Positions 33,260-42,082 of a stretch of 64,000 bases of DNA are shown here, piece by piece (positions within the stretch are counted from its first letter, which is position 1; each line of letters begins with the position of its first letter). The stretch covers positions 128,502 through 192,501 of the forward strand of contig JBGCFQ010000024.1 in the NCBI GenBank assembly GCA_045106985.1, read 5' to 3'. This stretch comes from Pseudomonadales bacterium. GTDB lineage: Bacteria > Pseudomonadota > Gammaproteobacteria > Pseudomonadales > JAUIET01. The notes under the pieces are model-generated. The model did no database searches. It was not told the origin of the DNA and was given only the letters and a program-made list of their open reading frames with translations. The position numbers and the translations under genes were made by a program.

Positions 33260-34294
33260 ATGGGCGTAATTAGACAACGGTTCCACACAGCTATTTTCGG
33301 CATTTGCGCCTTTATAGCGTCGACTTTGGCGGGAGCAGAGCCTGTGGATCCGGCCACTATTTTCAGTAAGATGGCTGAGAGCCTCCGCAGCCAAACTTAT
33401 GACGGTGTGATGGTATCGAACCGCAACGGTGAAATGCGTTCTATGCGTATCGTTCATATGGTTCGCAATGGCGAGGAGCTAGAGCGAATACAGTATTTGG
33501 ATGGCAAGGCCCGTGAGATTATCCGCGCTGAACATCCTCTTGATTGCGTGCACACTGGCGGCAAGTTGGTGCTAGGTAACGACAGAAACGGCTTGTTCAG
33601 TGTTATCACCCCGGCCGGTGTAGAAAAGTTGAAAGGTCATTACCGTCTTGAGCGTCGTCCGGAAACCAGAGTTGCCGGCCGCGCAGTTACGGCCATTGCA
33701 GTATTGCCGAACGACGCATATCGCTATGGCCGGTTGTTGTATATCGATCAGGCTAGCTATTTGTTGCTCAAGGCTGAAGTGCTAGACAAGCAGGGGAAAG
33801 TTCTCGAAGGGTTTCAGTTTACCCAGCTGACGATAGGCGACAAAGTTGACCCCGCAGCAATCGATACAGTGGGCAGCAATATTGTTGAAGAAGGCTTCCA
33901 TATGTTGCCTCCGAATGGCAGCGACCCAATGGACAGTGCCTGGCAGTTAGGCTGGATGCCTGATGGATTTGTCCGGGCTAGTCATCAGAAACATGCGATT
34001 AAGGGTTCTGATAAGTCGGTACAATCAATGCACTACACCGACGGCATGTCTGTATTCTCGGTGTTTATTGAGTCGGCGAACTCATCGATAGAGGCTTTTC
34101 AAACAACCTCTGGTAGCACAACAGCCTATGTCGCGCCTATGAAGACCGTTGATGGCTGGCTATCTGTAACAGTAGTTGGCGAAGTACCTTTGATTGCCGC
34201 TATCAAAATTGCGCAGAGTATCAATGAGGCTCAACCGGTGACAGCTATGTTGGGCGTTAATGGCTTGGCTGCCAGTGAGCTTAGCGAGCCATGA
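33260..34294 (+). CDS. rseB: sigma-E regulatory protein RseB/MucB
   Basis: The ATG lies 1 nt after the rseA stop. It has a signal peptide, the size fits and the synteny is conserved. Confidence 0.8.
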   Translation: MGVIRQRFHTAIFGICAFIASTLAGAEPVDPATIFSKMAESLRSQTYDGVMVSNRNGEMRSMRIVHMVRNGEELERIQYLDGKAREIIRAEHPLDCVHTGGKLVLGNDRNGLFSVITPAGVEKLKGHYRLERRPETRVAGRAVTAIAVLPNDAYRYGRLLYIDQASYLLLKAEVLDKQGKVLEGFQFTQLTIGDKVDPAAIDTVGSNIVEEGFHMLPPNGSDPMDSAWQLGWMPDGFVRASHQKHAIKGSDKSVQSMHYTDGMSVFSVFIESANSSIEAFQTTSGSTTAYVAPMKTVDGWLSVTVVGEVPLIAAIKIAQSINEAQPVTAMLGVNGLAASELSEP

Positions 34295-34728
34295 TCGAAA
34301 CGGGTAGGGTAGTCGCTATTGCAGGCGACGCTGTCTATGTTGAAACCAATCAGAAATCGGCCTGTGGCGGCTGCTCAGCTCAAAAAGGCTGCGGTCAAAC
34401 GTTGTTGGCTAGCATTTTTCCAGAGCGTCGAGACCAATTGTTGGTAAGCACGGCACATTGCCTAACTCATAAGCCAGCGCTGCACGATACTATATCGTTC
34501 ACGGTGCCGGATAATGCTTTGCTATCAGGTGCCGCGCGGGTATATCTGTTGCCTCTGCTGGGAATGCTTTTGTTTGCCGTGCTAGCGCACCTTATCGCAT
34601 TGCCTGAGTGGGGCGTAATAAGCCTGTCGTTCTCAGGCTTGGCCGCAGGCGCTTATATCGCGTCAGTCTCGATGAGTAGCACGTCTCAGAACCGACTCTT
34701 GCCTACTTTCTATAAAATAGTTAAATAA
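34291..34728 (+). CDS. rseC: RseC/MucC family protein
   Basis: 'GRVVAIAGDAVYVETNQKSACGGCSAQKGCGQ' followed by two C-terminal TM helices. 4-nt overlap with rseB. Confidence 0.7.
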   Translation: MIETGRVVAIAGDAVYVETNQKSACGGCSAQKGCGQTLLASIFPERRDQLLVSTAHCLTHKPALHDTISFTVPDNALLSGAARVYLLPLLGMLLFAVLAHLIALPEWGVISLSFSGLAAGAYIASVSMSSTSQNRLLPTFYKIVK

Positions 34729-34906
34729 GCAATAAAATTGTGCAATAAATCAGTAGTTTGCAGTTTTTTTCATTGAAATTGCAACCCACAGACCTCATCT
34801 CTGTCTTAGTATTGTCTGGTGAAAGCTTATGAAGCTAAGGCGCCATGTACAATGGTCCTGTGCTTGGTTACGCAGGGCATTTTTTGTTGATTTGAAAGGA
34901 AAAAAC

Positions 34907-36325
34907 ATGTTTTCGACCATGAATCTAAAACGTCTTCATTTATTACGCAGCTCCATTTTTGCAGGATTGCTACTCCTCCTTGCTGGTGTTGTGCAGGCTA
35001 GCGAGCTTCCCGATTTTACTGAAATTGTCAGAAACAGCGCTGCCGCTGTGGTGAAGATAAGCACCTCCAGTAAGCCCGTTGCAAAAGTGCCGGACATACA
35101 GGGTAATCAAGAAATACCTGAAATGTTTAGGCGCTTTTTCGATCAAAGACCACAACAGCCGCGTGGTGGCCAGGGCTTGGGCTCTGGGTTTTTCATCTCT
35201 GCGGACGGTTACTTACTGACTAATAATCATGTTGTTGCAGGTGCAGACGAGATTATGGTCATACTTCAGGATCGGCGGGAATTTGTAGCAGAGGTGGTTG
35301 GTACTGACGAACGCTCTGACTTGGCTCTTCTTAAAGTAGAAGGTTCAAACTTACCCATCGTGCAGCTTGGCGATTCAAGCACTTTAGAAGTCGGTGAGTG
35401 GGTGCTGGCGATAGGATCGCCATTTGGCCTTGAGTATTCCGTTGCGGCTGGAATCGTTAGCGCTAAAGGACGCTCCTTGCCGACTGAAAAAGGTGAAAAC
35501 TATGTGCCATTCATTCAGACTGACGTAGCTATTAACCCAGGTAACTCGGGTGGCCCGCTGTTTAATATGGACGGCAAAGTAGTTGGCATCAACTCTCAAA
35601 TATACACCCGCTCTGGCGGCTCAATCGGTTTGTCTTTTGCCATACCGGTTAGCGTTGCCAAGAATGTGGTTGCTCAACTCAAAGATTCGGGTCAAGTTGT
35701 TCGTGGCTGGTTAGGGGTCGGTATCCAGGATATCAATCGCGACCTTGCCGAGTCGTTTGGTTTAAAGAAACCAGCAGGAGCATTGGTTTCCCAGGTAGTT
35801 GAAGACGGTCCTGCTGATGACGGCGGTATTGAGGTGGGTGATGTGATTTTAGAGTTTGACGGTCATGAAATTGGTGACTCTGAAGACCTTCCACACATAG
35901 TAGGTCGAACAGCTCCAGACAAGAAAGTGAATGTATTAGTCTTTCGTGACGGCAAGCGTAAAACATTGCGGATGAAGACCGGCAGCCTTGATGATGGTGC
36001 TACCAATGTTGCTAGCACGCGAAAAGACGATCCGCGTGCAAGCGGTGGGCGCCTTGGTATGGTCGTTCTTGATTTAACAGATGCCCAGAAATCTCGCCTA
36101 AAATTGGAAGCAGGAGTGGTTGTGCGCTCAGTAATACCCTCCAAGCCTGCCAGCGAGGGTGGTTTGCGCGGCGGTGATGTCATCACCTCTATAGATAACA
36201 AGCCGGTAGACACTCTTAAAAAGTACGAGCAGATTGTCGAGTCGCTGCCATCCAATAAGCACGTTGCCATTCGCATTGTTCGTGGCGGGCAGCCTGGTTT
36301 TGTTGCTGTAAAAGTTGCGGACTAG
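34907..36325 (+). CDS. mucD: periplasmic HtrA-family serine endoprotease (DegP/MucD) with two PDZ domains
   Basis: 'GSGFFISADGYLLTNNHVV', 'DLALLKV' and 'GNSGGPLFN' form the catalytic triad context. The ATG at 34907 is preceded by AAGGA; the longer ORF from 34829 is unlikely. Confidence 0.9.
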   Translation: MFSTMNLKRLHLLRSSIFAGLLLLLAGVVQASELPDFTEIVRNSAAAVVKISTSSKPVAKVPDIQGNQEIPEMFRRFFDQRPQQPRGGQGLGSGFFISADGYLLTNNHVVAGADEIMVILQDRREFVAEVVGTDERSDLALLKVEGSNLPIVQLGDSSTLEVGEWVLAIGSPFGLEYSVAAGIVSAKGRSLPTEKGENYVPFIQTDVAINPGNSGGPLFNMDGKVVGINSQIYTRSGGSIGLSFAIPVSVAKNVVAQLKDSGQVVRGWLGVGIQDINRDLAESFGLKKPAGALVSQVVEDGPADDGGIEVGDVILEFDGHEIGDSEDLPHIVGRTAPDKKVNVLVFRDGKRKTLRMKTGSLDDGATNVASTRKDDPRASGGRLGMVVLDLTDAQKSRLKLEAGVVVRSVIPSKPASEGGLRGGDVITSIDNKPVDTLKKYEQIVESLPSNKHVAIRIVRGGQPGFVAVKVAD

Positions 36326-36390
36326 TCGCATGAAAACCATGCTGTTGTGGGGTGCTGACAGAAAATAGGGTAGAATCCCGCCTCTAATCG

Positions 36391-36420
36391 CGGCCCGCAC
36401 ACAGCGGGCCGTGTGCTTTC
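36391..36420 (+). terminator. stem-loop, likely terminator after mucD
   Basis: CGGCCCGC-acaca-GCGGGCCG is a perfect 8-bp GC stem, followed by tgtgcTTTc (a weak U-tract). Confidence 0.45.
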
Positions 36421-36434
36421 GTGAGAGTCCCTAA

Positions 36435-38234
36435 GTGACAGAACTGAGTAACATTCGTAATTTCTCCATTATTGCCCATATCGACCACGGTAAGTCGACA
36501 CTTGCGGATCGTTTTATTCAGCACTGTGGCGGCTTAGCCGCTAGAGAAATGGCTGAGCAAGTGCTTGATTCGATGGACATCGAGCGTGAGCGGGGCATTA
36601 CGATTAAGGCTCAGTCAGTTACGCTGGCGTATGAAGCGCTAGACGGACAAATTTATCAGTTCAACCTCATTGATACTCCAGGCCATGTCGATTTTAGCTA
36701 CGAGGTGTCTCGTTCTTTAGCGGCCTGCGAAGGCGCATTGCTGGTGGTTGATGCGGCCCAGGGCGTTGAGGCTCAGTCAGTTGCTAATTGCTACACGGCT
36801 ATAGAGCAAGGCTTGGAAGTGCTGCCTGTTCTTAACAAAATGGATCTTCCCCAGGCCGACCCAGACCAGGTTGCGCAAGAGATAGAAGATATTATTGGGC
36901 TTGATGCCAGCGATGCTGTGCACGTTAGTGCGAAAACTGGTCTGGGAATTGTCGACGTGCTAGAGCAGCTGGTAGCAACCGTTCCCGCCCCGCGAGGCGA
37001 CCGCGATGCTCCTCTGCAAGCTCTGATTATTGATTCCTGGTTCGACAATTATCTCGGTGTTGTCTCGCTTGTGCGGGTAAAGAATGGTGTTCTCAACACC
37101 AAAGACAAGGTACTGATCAAGTCGACTGGCCGCACGCACCAGATAGATCAAGTAGGTGTATTTACTCCAAAGAGACACCCGACGGGGCGCTTGGAGGCTG
37201 GCGAAGTGGGATACGTAGTTGCCGGCATTAAGGAAATTCACGGCGCTCCGGTAGGGGATACAATTGCTGGACTTCATTCCGGTGAAGTTGACGCATTACC
37301 AGGTTTCCAGAAAGTAAAACCGCAGGTTTACGCAGGATTGTTTACGGTAAGCACTGACGATTATGAAGCCTTCCGTGACGCCTTAGCGAAGTTAACCCTT
37401 AACGATGCCTCCTTGTTCTACGAGCCGGAAACCTCCGATGCCTTGGGCTTTGGATTTCGCTGTGGCTTTTTGGGTATGCTCCACATGGAGATTATTCAAG
37501 AGCGATTAGAGCGTGAGTACAATCTCGATTTGATTACTACGGCACCCACTGTTGTGTTTCAGGTTCTGACCAATGGCGGCGATGTGCTGGCGGTCGACAA
37601 TCCCTCTAAGTTGCCTGACTCTGGCACGGTTGCGGAAATGCGAGAGCCCATTGTAAGAGCAAACATCTTGGTGCCCCAAGAACATTTGGGCAGCGTAATC
37701 ACTCTATGCGTAGAGAAGCGCGGTGTGCAAAAAGAAATGAATTTTCTTGCCAAGCAAGTAGCGGTTACTTACGAATTGCCCATGAATGAAGTGGTTTTGG
37801 ATTTTTTCGATCGCTTAAAGTCAGTAAGTCGCGGCTATGCTTCATTGGACTACAGTTTTGAGCGTTTTCAAGCGGCGCCGTTAGTGCGTGTCGATGTTCT
37901 AATAAATGGAGAAAAAGTCGATGCACTTGCTACAATTGTGCATCGGGACCAAGCCCAGGGGCGTGGCCGGGCATTAACCGATAAAATGAAAGAGCTGATA
38001 CCGCGGCAAATGTTCGATGTGGCTATACAGGCGGCTATTGGTGGCCAGGTTATTTCGAGAACCACCGTAAAGGCTTTGCGAAAAAATGTTACCGCCAAGT
38101 GTTATGGCGGTGATGTGTCGCGCAAACGAAAGCTGTTAGAAAAACAAAAAGCGGGGAAGAAACGCATGAAGCAAGTAGGACGAGTTGAAATTCCACAAGA
38201 GGCCTTCCTGGCTGTTCTGAGGGTGGACGATTAG
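36435..38234 (+). CDS. lepA: elongation factor 4
   Basis: '[20 protein letters not shown]' and 'DTPGHVDF'. 599 aa, with a GTG start. Confidence 0.97.
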   Translation: MTELSNIRNFSIIAHIDHGKSTLADRFIQHCGGLAAREMAEQVLDSMDIERERGITIKAQSVTLAYEALDGQIYQFNLIDTPGHVDFSYEVSRSLAACEGALLVVDAAQGVEAQSVANCYTAIEQGLEVLPVLNKMDLPQADPDQVAQEIEDIIGLDASDAVHVSAKTGLGIVDVLEQLVATVPAPRGDRDAPLQALIIDSWFDNYLGVVSLVRVKNGVLNTKDKVLIKSTGRTHQIDQVGVFTPKRHPTGRLEAGEVGYVVAGIKEIHGAPVGDTIAGLHSGEVDALPGFQKVKPQVYAGLFTVSTDDYEAFRDALAKLTLNDASLFYEPETSDALGFGFRCGFLGMLHMEIIQERLEREYNLDLITTAPTVVFQVLTNGGDVLAVDNPSKLPDSGTVAEMREPIVRANILVPQEHLGSVITLCVEKRGVQKEMNFLAKQVAVTYELPMNEVVLDFFDRLKSVSRGYASLDYSFERFQAAPLVRVDVLINGEKVDALATIVHRDQAQGRGRALTDKMKELIPRQMFDVAIQAAIGGQVISRTTVKALRKNVTAKCYGGDVSRKRKLLEKQKAGKKRMKQVGRVEIPQEAFLAVLRVDD

Positions 38235-38237
38235 TTT

Positions 38238-39080
38238 ATGGAATACTTAAATTTCCCGCTTATTCTTGTTTTACTGGTCTTCGGCAGCGGCATTGTATGG
38301 CTGGTTGATTCCTTGTTTTTTCGCCGAACGCGACTGAACACCATAGAGAAACTACAATCTGATTGGCCCAATTGGAGCGAAGAAGGAAGCGTCGATCAAC
38401 AACGTTTTCTGGCGTCAGCACAGCAGTCAGCAACTGAGCCAGTAGTGGTCGAGTATGCGCGTTCGCTGTTTCCGGTTTTAGCGGTTGTGTTAGTGCTGCG
38501 CTCTTTCGTGGTCGAACCATTTCAGATCCCTTCGGGTTCTATGATTCCAACGCTTGAAATTGGCGACTTTATTCTGGTCAATAAATACACTTACGGCATT
38601 CGACTTCCTGTTATCCGCAATAAGGTGATTAACGTTAATGATCCCAAACGCGGTGATGTGATGGTGTTTTTTCCGCCGCATACCAAGCAGTATTTTATTA
38701 AGCGAGTGATCGGTATCCCAGGGGATCTAGTGGAGTACAAAGATAAAGTGCTAACCATTAATGGCGAAGTACAGCCACAGAAACTGCTTGCCGAATTGCC
38801 CCCAGCTAGCCCTAGGGAGCGTCTTCTTGAAGAGACTATCAATGGCGTGGAACACCAAATCCGGCAAGAGACGCGCAACTACCGTATGGATGATATGTCG
38901 ATTAAAGTTCGACCAGGACATTATTTCTTGATGGGGGACAATCGAGACAACAGCAGCGATTCACGGGTTTGGGGGCAAGTGCCAGAAGAGAACATTGTTG
39001 GGCGCGCATTCGCAATTTGGATGCATTGGGAAGAGTTCCTAAGCGTGCCAAGCTTTTCACGAGTGGGGCGTGTGCATTAA
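38238..39080 (+). CDS. lepB: signal peptidase I
   Basis: 'PSGSMIPTL', 'KRVIGIPGD' and 'GDNRDNSSDSR' boxes. Confidence 0.95.
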   Translation: MEYLNFPLILVLLVFGSGIVWLVDSLFFRRTRLNTIEKLQSDWPNWSEEGSVDQQRFLASAQQSATEPVVVEYARSLFPVLAVVLVLRSFVVEPFQIPSGSMIPTLEIGDFILVNKYTYGIRLPVIRNKVINVNDPKRGDVMVFFPPHTKQYFIKRVIGIPGDLVEYKDKVLTINGEVQPQKLLAELPPASPRERLLEETINGVEHQIRQETRNYRMDDMSIKVRPGHYFLMGDNRDNSSDSRVWGQVPEENIVGRAFAIWMHWEEFLSVPSFSRVGRVH

Positions 39081-39262
39081 TTTTTCTCCTAATTTAACCA
39101 TTGAGCTGTGTTGTTACGTCGTCATTGGCGTAGCGCTATCGAGACTTGGCGGTGTGCCGCTAAGGGGGTGAACTTGTTCAGAGCCTACCTTGCTTCTATA
39201 CTGATCAAAGTGTTTCCAAAAAATTATCTGACCAAAAAGATATCTAGCCCCTAGGTAAAACA

Positions 39263-39670
39263 ATGAATTCTACTAAACCGACATCTGTGATCATGCGCCG
39301 CCAAACAGGGGCGATTGATATGATCGTTATTTTTGCGATCATGTTTGGCGTTGTTGCAATTGTTGCCGGCATCAAAATTATGCCGGTGTACATAGATCAT
39401 TGGAGCATTGAAGAGGCTTTGACCGATGTTGTTAATGAGGCCGCCAGCGAAGGTAAACCCACTAAGAAAAGTCTTCAACGCAAGATGGGCAGACGCATGC
39501 AGGTTAATCGTCTTGAGTTCATAACAACTGATGACCTGAAGTTTGAGCGTACCAAGACGACGCTTACAGGATCTATTGATTACGAACGTCGCGTGCCTCT
39601 AATTTTTAACATGGACATTGTGGTGAAGTTTCCAGAGACAGTGGCTGAGGCAGCACTTTCAAGTGAATGA
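39263..39670 (+). CDS. small membrane-anchored protein (DUF4845-like) between lepB and rnc
   Basis: It has a single N-terminal TM helix. It occupies the same lepB-rnc position as the small DUF4845-type proteins I recall in Pseudomonas-like genomes. Confidence 0.5.
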   Translation: MNSTKPTSVIMRRQTGAIDMIVIFAIMFGVVAIVAGIKIMPVYIDHWSIEEALTDVVNEAASEGKPTKKSLQRKMGRRMQVNRLEFITTDDLKFERTKTTLTGSIDYERRVPLIFNMDIVVKFPETVAEAALSSE

Positions 39671-40355
39671 CGCTGCGGCGAAACCTGACTATGCAGAACT
39701 GGAGCAGCGACTAGCTTACAGCTTTACCGACTCGCAGCGCTTAATACAGGCACTTACGCATCGCAGCTTTTCTTCAACTCATAATGAACGCCTTGAATTC
39801 CTGGGCGACTCCATTCTTAGCCTTGTGATTGCCGATGCGCTCTATCACCAATTTCCAACTGCGAGTGAAGGTGACTTAAGTCGTTTAAGGTCAGGCCTGG
39901 TGAAAGGTACAACACTTACAGAGCTGGCTACCGATCTCGGTTTGGGCGACTTTCTGCGCCTCGGTGCAGGAGAGGCGAAAAGCGGAGGGCGCCGAAGAGC
40001 GTCAATTCTGGCTGACACAGTTGAAGCGCTGATAGGCGCCGTATACCTTGATGCAGATATGTCTGCTGCCTCATCGCTTATTACCTTATTGTTTCGGGAC
40101 AGACTGGCCGCACTTGATCTCGAGGTTAGTAGTAAAGACCCTAAAACACGTTTACAGGAATTGGTTCAAGGTAAGAAGCAGCCGTTGCCTGTATACTCGC
40201 TGAAACAAAGTTTTGGCAAAGCGCATGAGCGGCGTTTCATCGTCGAATGTAGAGTTGTTGATTTAGAACAGCCAACTGAGGGTGAAGGCAGCAGTCGCCG
40301 CGACGCAGAACAAATTGCTGCCCAAATTGCACTCAATCAGTTGTTACCATCATGA
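39663..40355 (+). CDS. rnc: ribonuclease III
   Basis: 'ALTHRSF...NERLEFLGDSIL' signature plus a C-terminal dsRBD. GTG start. Confidence 0.95.
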   Translation: MNDAAAKPDYAELEQRLAYSFTDSQRLIQALTHRSFSSTHNERLEFLGDSILSLVIADALYHQFPTASEGDLSRLRSGLVKGTTLTELATDLGLGDFLRLGAGEAKSGGRRRASILADTVEALIGAVYLDADMSAASSLITLLFRDRLAALDLEVSSKDPKTRLQELVQGKKQPLPVYSLKQSFGKAHERRFIVECRVVDLEQPTEGEGSSRRDAEQIAAQIALNQLLPS

Positions 40356-41278
40356 ATGACATACCCCAGAAAGAACCGGCGCAGAAAGAGCCTTCGCGTT
40401 GTGGATACGTTGCCATCGTAGGCCGCCCTAACGTAGGCAAGTCTACGTTGTTAAACCATATGCTCGGCCAAAAGCTAAGTATCACTTCACGAAAACCGCA
40501 AACTACGCAGCATAGCTTGCTCGGCATCAAAACGTTCGATAACACTCAGTGCATTTTTGTGGATACTCCCGGGTTGCATAGGGATCACAAAAGCAGTGCG
40601 GTGAACCGCCATATGAACCGTTCAGCTCGCTCTGTTATTGATGATGTTGATTTGGTTCTTTTTATGGTTGACCGTACGCAATGGGGAGAAGAAGAGGAGT
40701 GGATTGCGAGTTTGGTAGATAAAAGCAAAGCTCCGGTTTTTCTGGTTATAAACAAAACCGACCTGTTAGCTGATCGTGCTGCATTGCTGCCATTCTTGGA
40801 AAAAATAGGCGAAAAATTCAAGTTTCAAGAGTACGTGCCAATAGCGGCGCTAAACGGGGAGTATCTGGATCAGCTGCAAACTGCTATCAGCGAACACTTG
40901 CCTGAGGGTGAATTCCACTTTCCTGACGACCAGATTACCGATAAAAGCGAACGTTTTATGGTTGCTGAAATTATTCGGGAGAAACTGATTCGCCAGCTAG
41001 GTCGCGAATTGCCCTATGCAACAGCGGTAGAAATCGAGCATTTCAAGGTAGAAAAGGGCCTGCACGATATTGCTGCCACGATTTTGGTTGAAAGGTCGGG
41101 GCAGAAAGCAATTATCATTGGCAAAGGTGGTTCGCGTCTGCAGAAAATTGGTAGTCAGGCTAGAGTCGACCTGGAAAATATGTTCGAGCAGAAGGTTATG
41201 TTGCGTTTATGGGTCAAGGTGAAGCAGGGCTGGTCCAATGACGAACGTGCTTTGAAAAGCCTCGGCTTTGACGACTAA
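40352..41278 (+). CDS. era: GTPase Era
   Basis: 'GRPNVGKSTLLN', 'DTPG', 'NKTD' and a C-terminal KH domain. ATGA overlap with rnc. Confidence 0.95.
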   Translation: MNDIPQKEPAQKEPSRCGYVAIVGRPNVGKSTLLNHMLGQKLSITSRKPQTTQHSLLGIKTFDNTQCIFVDTPGLHRDHKSSAVNRHMNRSARSVIDDVDLVLFMVDRTQWGEEEEWIASLVDKSKAPVFLVINKTDLLADRAALLPFLEKIGEKFKFQEYVPIAALNGEYLDQLQTAISEHLPEGEFHFPDDQITDKSERFMVAEIIREKLIRQLGRELPYATAVEIEHFKVEKGLHDIAATILVERSGQKAIIIGKGGSRLQKIGSQARVDLENMFEQKVMLRLWVKVKQGWSNDERALKSLGFDD

Positions 41279-41290
41279 GCGAATTATTCA

Positions 41291-42028
41291 ATGGCCCGCT
41301 CAGCCACGACCACTCATGCGGCTTATATACTCCATACTCGGCCTTATAGGGAAACCAGCATAACGCTTGAGCTTCTGACCAGTGATCTTGGCAGAGTGGG
41401 AGCAATATATAAAGGTGGGCGAAAAGGTGGAAAGAACAAGGCTCGCCCTGAGTCGTTTATCCACTATCATGCCTGCCTGTTCGGGTCTGGTGAGCTTAAA
41501 TCTGTGGCCTCATTAGAGGTGGATCAGCCTTTTGATATGCAACGATTACAAGGCGTGCAGCTATTCAGTGCGATGTATGTCAATGAGCTGCTGTACAAAG
41601 CTCTACCGCGCAGTGTTGTACACGAAGATATTTTTGTTGCCTATCAGGATGTTCTGCTGGCGTTAAGAAGCACGGCGAACTTTGAAGCGCACTTACGGCA
41701 TTTCGAGTTACGTTGTCTGACAAGCCTGGGCTACGGTTTATCCTTCGATTATGAAGCCGACGGGCAGACTGCCATTCAAGCCGATAGGCATTATACCTTT
41801 GAGGCAACACGCGGTTTTTGCGTTGCTTCTGTAGATGAGATTAACAAGGCACAAGTGACTAAACGCTTGCTTGTAAAAGGAGAGGTGCTAATGGCAATAG
41901 CCAATGGCCAATGGCAAGACAGCGTCGTTTTGCAATCCCTAAAGCGCATCAATCAATATGCGATAAATGACTTGTTGAAAGGTAGACCTATTAAAAGCCG
42001 AGAGTTTCTGCGCAAGAGTAGCCGCTAG
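41291..42028 (+). CDS. recO: DNA repair protein RecO
   Basis: 'AYILHTRPYRETS' N-terminus, a size of 245 aa, and position after era. Confidence 0.85.
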   Translation: MARSATTTHAAYILHTRPYRETSITLELLTSDLGRVGAIYKGGRKGGKNKARPESFIHYHACLFGSGELKSVASLEVDQPFDMQRLQGVQLFSAMYVNELLYKALPRSVVHEDIFVAYQDVLLALRSTANFEAHLRHFELRCLTSLGYGLSFDYEADGQTAIQADRHYTFEATRGFCVASVDEINKAQVTKRLLVKGEVLMAIANGQWQDSVVLQSLKRINQYAINDLLKGRPIKSREFLRKSSR

Positions 42029-42082
42029 TACTTTTCAATTAAAGCGAGCGTTTTTACAAGTAGAGATCTACGACTTGGCCCG

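Noticed and set aside
34829-34906. The longer N-terminal extension of mucD/degP (start at 34829), and likewise the extensions at 33203 (rseB), 45791 (relA), 21269 and 48142
   Set aside because: The extensions are Cys/Trp/Arg-rich or overlap upstream genes. Internal ATG codons give canonical N-termini (signal peptide, 'MVQARK') and in several cases have better Shine-Dalgarno spacing.
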